Positions 18,307 to 23,744 of a stretch of DNA of 64,000 nt are shown here, piece after piece. The translations under genes were made by a program, and so were the position numbers. The notes beneath the pieces are model-generated. The model was given only the letters and a program-made list of their open reading frames with translations, was not told the DNA's origin and ran no database searches. Source of the DNA: a virus (taxonomy: Duplodnaviria > Caudoviricetes); the IMG/VR virus record IMGVR_UViG_3300028797_000108, positions 75,106-139,105 of that record. The stretch is one strand, 5' to 3'. How positions within the stretch are numbered: position 1 is the first letter of the stretch; every line of letters begins with the position of its first letter.

Positions 18307-18668
18307 GGGCTCCCTCCGCCATTTGCAAGTAAGACAAAGAAGGCACGACAAACCGAAAGTAGTTACATTGGTTGCTCTTTGTGGCTGCGATCTTGGTCCT
18401 TCCTAATGAAAGTACCATACAAAGGAGTAGGTAGATCCGTGAAGGAATCGCTCTAAGCTGGAGTAGATCGGATCGGGAATCGCTGAAACGACCGAAGATG
18501 CCTATAACAGAAAGGTTGATGGTGTGCAGCTAGCACTGTCGCTGAAGTAAATGTGCGGCATTGGAAGGATGGAAACGGTGAGGCGGTATACTGATGGGAC
18601 AGGGATAAGCTCCTGACTTTTAGGTATATGTGGTAGCCACTGTGGAGGTTCAAATCCTTCGGTGCCCA
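18307..18668 (+). ncRNA. About 360-nt candidate RNA ending in a tRNA-like T-arm and acceptor strand
   Basis: GGGCTCC (18307) can pair with GGTGCCC (18661); T-arm GGAGG-TTCAAAT-CCTTC; followed by A+CTA like the tRNAs. Confidence 0.4.
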
Positions 18669-18679
18669 CTAATTATTAT

Positions 18680-18753
18680 TGGATTGTAGCTCAGTTTGGT
18701 AGAGCGGTCGGCTGTTAACCGATTGGTCGCAGGTTCGAGTCCTGCCTTTCCAG
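18680..18753 (+). tRNA. tRNA-Asn(GTT)
   Basis: GTCGG-CTGTTAA-CCGAT. Confidence 0.9.
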
Positions 18754-18780
18754 CTAAACGCCGATTAGGCAACATTTTCT

Positions 18781-18856
18781 GTGCTATAGCCGTCCGCAGG
18801 AATCGGACGCCGGCAGTCGCCGGAAATCAGTGGTTCAATTCCACTCGTAGCCACCA
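18781..18856 (+). ncRNA. tRNA-like RNA with 4-nt anticodon loop and encoded CCA
   Basis: CCGGC-AGTC-GCCGG, T-arm AGTGG-TTCAATT-CCACT, ends GCCACCA. Confidence 0.55.
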
Positions 18857-18970
18857 AAGGAAATGGCTTGGTTAAGATAACCTCAACATCAAGTAGCCGA
18901 AAGGTGTGGGACACTTGACGATCAGACAACTCGAGTAATGCTGAACGCTTGAGTCCCAGCGCTTTTGATT

Positions 18971-19043
18971 GCCTGTATAGCTCAGCTGGTAGAGCAGCGG
19001 CTTTGTAACCCGCAGGTCGGGGGTTCGGATCCCTCTGCAGGCG
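18971..19043 (+). tRNA. tRNA-Thr(TGT)
   Basis: GCGGC-TTTGTAA-CCCGC. Confidence 0.9.
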
Positions 19044-19181
19044 CTAATGGTTGAATGTTGGGTATCCTATAGGAATAAACAATAGCCTATAGGTGGACCG
19101 AGCCCCGTTCTGTAATGGGATGGGTGCCCGCATTTCACAATGCCGGTAGTCCGGTGGTGGCGGAACCACCTTAAAAACTTG

Positions 19182-19256
19182 CGGGCTGTAGCTCAGTCTG
19201 GCTAGAGCACTTGATTTGGGATCAAGGGGTCGTGGGTTCAAATCCCGCCAGCCCGA
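19182..19256 (+). tRNA. tRNA-Pro(TGG)
   Basis: CTTGA-TTTGGGA-TCAAG. Confidence 0.95.
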
Positions 19257-19265
19257 TAACATTAT

Positions 19266-19338
19266 TGCGGAGTGGAGCAGTGGTTAGCTCGGCAGCCTCA
19301 TAAGCTGAAGGTCGTGGGTTCAAGTCCCACCTCCGCTA
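19266..19338 (+). tRNA. tRNA-Met(CAT), initiator-like
   Basis: fMet-like body (GCGGAGTGGAGCAG), 1:72 mismatch, CTCATAA loop; lacks the three G-C anticodon-stem pairs. Confidence 0.85.
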
Positions 19339-19350
19339 CTAAAAGTATTT

Positions 19351-19436
19351 GCCAGTGCGCCGACGTTGGAGAGTCGGACCGGACTGTAAATCCGGGGCCC
19401 TCACGGGCTTTGGTGGTTCAAATCCACCCTCTGGCA
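19351..19436 (+). tRNA. tRNA-Tyr(GTA)
   Basis: CCGGA-CTGTAAA-TCCGG, long variable arm. Confidence 0.9.
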
Positions 19437-19450
19437 CGAAAAGAATTTTT

Positions 19451-19522
19451 GGCTCCTTGGTCTAGAGGTTAGGACACCACATTTTCAATGTGAGAACCCG
19501 GGTTCGAGTCCCGGAGGAGCTA
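19451..19522 (+). tRNA. tRNA-Glu(TTC)
   Basis: Glu-type D-arm GTCTAGAGGTTAGGAC; CACA-TTTTCAA-TGTG. Confidence 0.9.
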
Positions 19523-19681
19523 CTAAGCCTCGGATGGCATCGTTTGATTATGGCAAGACGCCCACGCGAAGTGGGAAAGAGCGGTCCGAATCCGCTTGCC
19601 TGAACAGTGAGTACACGGTCTGGGGCTAGGAGCAAAAAGCTGAGAGACGTCGTAGGTGTATTGCTCCGGTACTTTTGAATT

Positions 19682-19752
19682 GGGTTCATAGTTTAATGGA
19701 TGAATACCGGCTTGTCACGCCGGCGGTACGGGATCGTGACCCGTTGGACCCG
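19682..19752 (+). tRNA. tRNA-Asp(GTC)
   Basis: CCGGC-TTGTCAC-GCCGG; atypical T-loop ATCGTGA. Confidence 0.85.
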
Positions 19753-19759
19753 CTAAAAA

Positions 19760-19977
19760 TTGCTGTTTGACAAATCAGGTGAACTGCAGATAGCCTGAGG
19801 CGTTGATTGCGGTTTGAGGTCCGGCGACGGCTGGATGCAAAGGAATAGCCGGAAGCGCGGTTCTAGAGGAAGTTCCTCAGGAGCCGGTGAAGGGAGGCCC
19901 CAAAAGGGCATTAAAACAACGGCGGGAAGGCACCCTCTAAAGAGCTCTGAATATGCAGCCCTCAGAGCAAACAGCAA
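19760..19977 (+). ncRNA. Candidate 218-nt multi-hairpin RNA
   Basis: Perfect 10-bp closing stem TTGCTGTTTG/CAAACAGCAA spanning the whole gap between two tRNAs. Confidence 0.55.
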
Positions 19978-19981
19978 CTAT

Positions 19982-20055
19982 CGGCATGCATAACGATTGG
20001 TTCGTTTGCCACTCTGATAAGGTGGAGATTGAAGGTTCAACTCCTTCCGTGCCGA
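19982..20055 (+). tRNA. tRNA-Ile(GAT)
   Basis: CCACT-CTGATAA-GGTGG. Confidence 0.9.
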
Positions 20056-20058
20056 CTA

Positions 20059-20118
20059 AAGATACTTACAGCAAAGTTATCAACATTCTTTTTTTGGTAG
20101 AATCGCAAAGGTATCTTG
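20059..20118 (+). ncRNA. Scaffold RNA copy A (short hairpin cargo)
   Basis: AAGATACT-TACAGCAA...GGTATCTTG. Confidence 0.6.
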
Positions 20119-20123
20119 ATTAT

Positions 20124-20196
20124 GCCGCGGTAGCCTAGGTGGTCATGGCGCGGGACTGAAAATCCTGAGATGTTGGTCCGATTCCAACCCTCGGCA
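20124..20196 (+). tRNA. tRNA-Phe(GAA)
   Basis: CGGGA-CTGAAAA-TCCTG. Confidence 0.9.
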
Positions 20197-20209
20197 CTAA
20201 AACAATTAT

Positions 20210-20281
20210 AGCGGGGAGAGGATGGTTCCTCCGCCGGTCTCATAAGCCGTGCTTCTGCAGGTTCGAGTCCTGCCGCCGCTA
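20210..20281 (+). tRNA. tRNA-Met(CAT), atypical D-arm
   Basis: CGGT-CTCATAA-GCCG, canonical T-arm. Confidence 0.75.
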
Positions 20282-20285
20282 CTAT

Positions 20286-20369
20286 GGCCTACTGGCGGAA
20301 CTGGTAGACGCGCCTGACTTAGGATCAGGTGCCCGTGAGGGCGTGGGAGTTCGAGTCTCTCGTAGGTCA
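20286..20369 (+). tRNA. tRNA-Leu(TAG)
   Basis: CCTGA-CTTAGGA-TCAGG. Confidence 0.95.
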
Positions 20370-20389
20370 CTAAAACACAAGGAGTTATT

Positions 20390-20596
20390 ATGACTGAACA
20401 AGAAGCAAAAAGAGCAAAAGAAATTGAAGCAATGCTGAATTGGAATTTGCAGCGATCCCAGGCCTTGGGTGAATTCCCTTTGCCCGTCACTTGTGGTATC
20501 ACTCAGATCTTTAACTGCGTTCAGTCTGAAAGGGCGGCTGCTTGGAAGCGCAAGAATGATATTGCGAACGGGCGAGTCCCTGATTCGGTTCCGTAG
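20390..20596 (+). CDS. Small hypothetical protein inside the tRNA cluster
   Basis: AAGGAG RBS, 68 aa; stop codon lies inside tRNA-Arg. Confidence 0.65.
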   Translation: MTEQEAKRAKEIEAMLNWNLQRSQALGEFPLPVTCGITQIFNCVQSERAAAWKRKNDIANGRVPDSVP

Positions 20597-20662
20597 CTCA
20601 GTCGGATTTAGAGCGCCACGCTACGAACGTGGAGGTCCCAGGTTCGAGTCCTGGCGGAACTA
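20587..20662 (+). tRNA. tRNA-Arg(ACG)
   Basis: CCACG-CTACGAA-CGTGG. Confidence 0.95.
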
Positions 20663-20719
20663 CTAAAGCGGTTTGGGTGGAGGTACGTCGCCGTTATAAA
20701 TATCTCAAATCGCTTTTAT

Positions 20720-20803
20720 GCTTACATGAATCCGAGCGGCAAAGGACGCAGTCTGCAAAACTGCGGGCGAAAGCCTTCGCAGGTTCGAGTCCTGCTGTAA
20801 GCT
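20720..20803 (+). tRNA. tRNA-Cys(GCA) with long variable arm
   Basis: GCAGT-CTGCAAA-ACTGC, U73, variable hairpin GGC-GAAA-GCC. Confidence 0.85.
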
Positions 20804-20809
20804 CTAATA

Positions 20810-20935
20810 AAGATAGAGACAGCAAAATTAAATGCTATCCCAAGGCTGAAACGAGGGGTCCGAATCCCCTCATGGAGGTTGGTCTTCCATTCGTCTAGTG
20901 GTCTAGGACTCAGCCAAAGCAAAAAATCTATCTTG
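20810..20935 (+). ncRNA. Scaffold RNA copy B carrying a circularly permuted tRNA (CCC anticodon-like)
   Basis: AAGATAGA/TCTATCTT stem; T-arm, sealed acceptor stem, D-arm in that order. Confidence 0.75.
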
Positions 20936-20939
20936 TCTT

Positions 20940-21023
20940 GGAGGGTTAGCCTAACGGTAAGGCAGCGGTCTTGAAAACCGCCGCGGGGAAACTCGCTTGT
21001 AGGTTCAAATCCTGCACCCTCCG
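20940..21023 (+). tRNA. tRNA-Ser(TGA)
   Basis: GCGGT-CTTGAAA-ACCGC, long variable arm. Confidence 0.95.
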
Positions 21024-21037
21024 CTAAAACATTTTAA

Positions 21038-21109
21038 GTCCCATTGGTGTAGTGGTAGCACGTCTCCTTGCCATGGAGAAGGTCGCCGGTCCGAATCCGG
21101 CATGGGGCT
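21038..21109 (+). tRNA. tRNA-Gly(GCC)
   Basis: TCTCC-TTGCCAT-GGAGA. Confidence 0.9.
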
Positions 21110-21113
21110 CTAT

Positions 21114-21240
21114 AGATACGCACAGCAATGTTAAAGCATGGTCTGATAAACCCCGTGTTGCAGGTTCGAGTCCTGTCGGGTCGCTGAAAGGTGACCTGTA
21201 GCTCAATCGGTAGAGCAGGAAAAGCAAAAAACGTATCTTG
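21114..21240 (+). ncRNA. Scaffold RNA copy C carrying a circularly permuted tRNA (GAT anticodon-like)
   Basis: AGATACG/CGTATCT stem; anticodon loop, T-arm, GAAA-capped acceptor stem, D-arm. Confidence 0.75.
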
Positions 21241-21245
21241 TATAA

Positions 21246-21316
21246 GTCCTATTGGTGTAGTGGTAACATTTCTGCCTTCCAAGCAGGTGTGGCGAGTTCG
21301 AGTCTCGCATAGGGCT
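21246..21316 (+). tRNA. tRNA-Gly(TCC)
   Basis: TCTGC-CTTCCAA-GCAGG. Confidence 0.9.
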
Positions 21317-21319
21317 CTA

Positions 21320-21442
21320 AAGGTGCTCTCAGCTAAATTTTCATAGGAAAATTCTAGAGTAGTATAATTGGTTATTACACCCTCCGATAAAAGAGGGAGA
21401 TCCTGGTTCGAGTCCAGGCGCCAGACCCCGAAAGGCATCTTG
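21320..21442 (+). ncRNA. Scaffold RNA copy D enclosing a degenerate tRNA in normal order
   Basis: AAGGTGCT/GGCATCTT stem, CAGCTAA; inner D-arm, CCCTC/GAGGG arm with 8-nt loop, T-arm. Confidence 0.65.
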
Positions 21443-21450
21443 ATCTTACC

Positions 21451-21522
21451 CCCGTGGTAGTGTAATGGTTAGCACACGAGCTTGTGGCGCTCGTAGTTCG
21501 GATTCGAGTTCCGGCCTTGGGA
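21451..21522 (+). tRNA. tRNA-His(GTG)
   Basis: CGAGC-TTGTGGC-GCTCG; no encoded G-1, A73. Confidence 0.85.
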
Positions 21523-21525
21523 TAT

Positions 21526-21599
21526 ACCTCCGTGGCGCAGTGGTTTAGCGCGGCTGCCCTACAAGCAGCGGGTCGTAGGTTCAACTCCTACCGGGGGTA
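21526..21599 (+). tRNA. tRNA-Val(TAC)
   Basis: GCTGC-CCTACAA-GCAGC (C33). Confidence 0.9.
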
Positions 21600-21603
21600 C
21601 TAT

Positions 21604-21675
21604 TGGGGCGTGGTGTAATTGGTAACACGCATGACTCTGACTCATGAATTCTTGGTTCAAGTCCAGGCGCCCCAA
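21604..21675 (+). tRNA. tRNA-Gln(CTG)
   Basis: CATGA-CTCTGAC-TCATG. Confidence 0.95.
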
Positions 21676-21755
21676 CTATGGTGACCCAAAGCCAAAACAA
21701 ATTGGGTCGTTTCTAGTGAGTAGCCTTGTAGCTAGATCTGTAATTAAAGGCCCTT

Positions 21756-21828
21756 AGGGATATAGTTCAATTGGTAGAACGGCGGACTCCAAACCCGCGT
21801 GTTAGAGGTTCAAATCCTTTTGTCCCTG
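21756..21828 (+). tRNA. tRNA-Trp(CCA)
   Basis: GCGGA-CTCCAAA-CCCGC. Confidence 0.9.
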
Positions 21829-21832
21829 TTAT

Positions 21833-21916
21833 GGCCGAGTGGCGGAATTGGTAGACGCGGCGGACTCAAAATCCGCTGACCGCGAGGTCGTGAGAGTTCA
21901 AGTCTCTCCTTGGCCA
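21833..21916 (+). tRNA. tRNA-Leu(CAA)
   Basis: GCGGA-CTCAAAA-TCCGC. Confidence 0.95.
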
Positions 21917-21920
21917 CTAT

Positions 21921-22038
21921 AGATACCAACAGCAAAAATGCGTCTTGCTCCTCCTGGGGTTATAGCTCAATTGGTAGAGCACCGCCGACATACTGGCGGG
22001 GGTTGCGGGTTCGAGTCCCGATATGCAATGGTATCTTG
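21921..22038 (+). ncRNA. Scaffold RNA copy E carrying a tRNA-Ala-like body permuted at the T-arm/acceptor junction
   Basis: AGATACCA/TGGTATCT stem; TTGCTCC precedes GGGGTTATAGCTCAATTGGTAGAGC. Confidence 0.7.
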
Positions 22039-22043
22039 ACTTT

Positions 22044-22129
22044 GGAGGAATACACTAATTGGTTAAGTGGCCACCCTGCTAAGGTGGTGTCCCGAAAGGG
22101 GCGTGAAGGTTCAAGTCCTTCTTCCTCCG
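22044..22129 (+). tRNA. tRNA-Ser(GCT)
   Basis: CCACC-CTGCTAA-GGTGG, long variable arm. Confidence 0.95.
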
Positions 22130-22159
22130 TATTGACATTTTTTGACAATTTCTTGTTAG

Positions 22160-22189
22160 CGCCCGAATTGATGAAATTCGGGCGTTTTT
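22160..22189 (+). terminator. Terminator of the tRNA cluster
   Basis: CGCCCGAATT...AATTCGGGCG-TTTTT. Confidence 0.85.
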
Positions 22190-22240
22190 GTTATGTAAAC
22201 TTTATTTTACATATTTTTTCATATTTTGCGGATTATTTAG

Positions 22241-22280
22241 TTGACAGGTGGCGTGGAAATTGTTATATTTTACTCGTAAA
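22241..22280 (+). promoter_or_regulatory. Early promoter
   Basis: TTGACA-17-TATATT-TTACTCGTAAA. Confidence 0.85.
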
Positions 22281-22304
22281 CAAAACAACTGAAGGATTTG
22301 AACT

Positions 22305-22781
22305 ATGAGTATTGATTCCAAACGCCGCTCCGATATCGCCTCCACCCCGTGGGAAAAGCTTGAATATGGCCGTGACCTTACCGATTGTCTTCGCAATGAC
22401 TACCCCGAAAATTATTGTTCTGTTGAAGACCGAAATGAATGGAACGGTTTTGTTTGCGGAAAAGATAAGATGCCGAAGCGCGTCCTGATCCGTGACTCCT
22501 TCATGCGCCGTATGCCTGACGGTCACTGGGTTGAACAGCGTAAGGATTGGGAAGCCCTTGAACTCCTTGATTTTGAAATGAAGGACGCCTACATGATGGG
22601 CAAAACTCCTGAAGGAGAAGAAATTTGGGTGAACCGCACCGTTCACGTCGCAGCCCGTGACTGGGACGAAGCAACGAGAATTTACAACTGGCACAAGGAT
22701 CGCTGGATGAGCTGCGGCTTGATTTCTGGCTGGATGAATTTCTGGACTGACCGTGCCATCAACGCTGAAAAGAAGGCTTAA
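22305..22781 (+). CDS. Hypothetical early protein
   Basis: Behind promoter, AAGGA RBS. Confidence 0.8.
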   Translation: MSIDSKRRSDIASTPWEKLEYGRDLTDCLRNDYPENYCSVEDRNEWNGFVCGKDKMPKRVLIRDSFMRRMPDGHWVEQRKDWEALELLDFEMKDAYMMGKTPEGEEIWVNRTVHVAARDWDEATRIYNWHKDRWMSCGLISGWMNFWTDRAINAEKKA

Positions 22782-22783
22782 TC

Positions 22784-23002
22784 ATGAAGCGAACCGTTTA
22801 CATCCCCATTGAAATTGAATGCAACGACGAATACCCGTTAACCGACAGCGAAGCCTGCGCTATTGCCAGCTCAATGGCTGAGGATTGCCGCGACGGTTTC
22901 TTCAGCAGCGACAATATGTGGGATCGTGCGAGCGAGACCCTCGGCGAATACGGCATGATTGATTTTGGTTACACAATTAAGAACCCCGTCAGCAACATTT
23001 AA
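22784..23002 (+). CDS. Small acidic hypothetical protein
   Basis: Operon position. Confidence 0.7.
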   Translation: MKRTVYIPIEIECNDEYPLTDSEACAIASSMAEDCRDGFFSSDNMWDRASETLGEYGMIDFGYTIKNPVSNI

Positions 23003-23019
23003 CAAAAGGACATACCACT

Positions 23020-23469
23020 ATGGCTTACAAAGAAGTTGTTTCCAAACGTCGCACCGTCACCTTTGATCTTGGCGCTGAAAAGGTGACCATGACCCTCCGT
23101 CGCTTTGAAGGCAAGGTCCGTCAGCGCGACCCGGTGACCTTTAAGAACCTGGGCTGGGGTAAGTCCGGTTACACTTGCGTCAAGTGCGACCACTTCCCGC
23201 ATGCTGACTGGCGCCCCTACATTGACTTCGGCACCAAGATGGCTGACTGTTCGTTGGACGGCTGGGAAGCTGAAAAGCCTGAGTGGCCGTTGATTGACCA
23301 GCTCGCTGAAAGCATGATCTTTGAATATAAGGGCTGGACCGATGATGAAGGTTACATCTCGGTTGAAACGGCACTGGCAGACATTGCCAAGTTCAATGAA
23401 AACCTTGTCAAGGAAATCGCCCGCAAGGAACTTGCTGAAGCCGGCGAAATCCTGAAGGAGATCAAGTAA
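23020..23469 (+). CDS. Hypothetical early protein
   Basis: AAGGA RBS. Confidence 0.8.
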   Translation: MAYKEVVSKRRTVTFDLGAEKVTMTLRRFEGKVRQRDPVTFKNLGWGKSGYTCVKCDHFPHADWRPYIDFGTKMADCSLDGWEAEKPEWPLIDQLAESMIFEYKGWTDDEGYISVETALADIAKFNENLVKEIARKELAEAGEILKEIK

Positions 23470-23548
23470 TGAAGTAATTTACATTCAGTGCTTAAATTTC
23501 ATCAAAACCGCAGTTGTGTAAACTTTCATATTTTTCCTACAATTACCC

Positions 23549-23588
23549 TTGCCACGCGTCCGAATAGTTGTTATATTTTACTCGTAAT
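23549..23588 (+). promoter_or_regulatory. Early promoter
   Basis: TTGCCA-17-TATATT-TTACTCGTAA. Confidence 0.8.
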
Positions 23589-23611
23589 CAAAAACAACAA
23601 AAGGAAATCCA

Positions 23612-23743
23612 ATGGAATTTAATGAGTTTGAATCTTGGTCCATCCGCCGCCGTCGCGCCATTCGCGCCGAAAGAATTGAAAAGATCAAGGCTTGGGCTGG
23701 CCTCGCACTCATTTTCGCTGCCATGATTTTTGTAGGAGACTAA
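23612..23743 (+). CDS. 43-aa membrane peptide
   Basis: AAGGA RBS; basic N-terminus and hydrophobic C-terminus. Confidence 0.65.
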   Translation: MEFNEFESWSIRRRRAIRAERIEKIKAWAGLALIFAAMIFVGD

Positions 23744-23744
23744 C

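Noticed and set aside
19451-19522. Possible TCA (opal suppressor/Sec) reading of the loop, and stop-codon recoding generally
   Set aside because: The 7-nt loop register gives TTC in a Glu-type body, no CTA/TTA-anticodon tRNA was found, and genes read intact in the standard code using all three stops.
19860-19885. GAGGAAGTTCC as an RNase P RNA signature
   Set aside because: Does not match GAGGAAAGUCC, forms a local hairpin, and the 3' P4 motif is missing.
21680-21712. Sixth scaffold copy (GACCCAA...TTGGGTC)
   Set aside because: A hairpin is present but it lacks CAGCAA and the TCTTG end.
20059-22038. Scaffold repeats as a CRISPR array
   Set aside because: Copies are irregularly spaced, covary as stems rather than being identical, enclose tRNA sequence, and no cas genes are visible.
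15618-22308. Many 60-130 aa ORFs across the tRNA cluster
   Set aside because: They overlap tRNAs or structured RNA and lack an RBS. Only 16247, 16451 and 20390 were kept.
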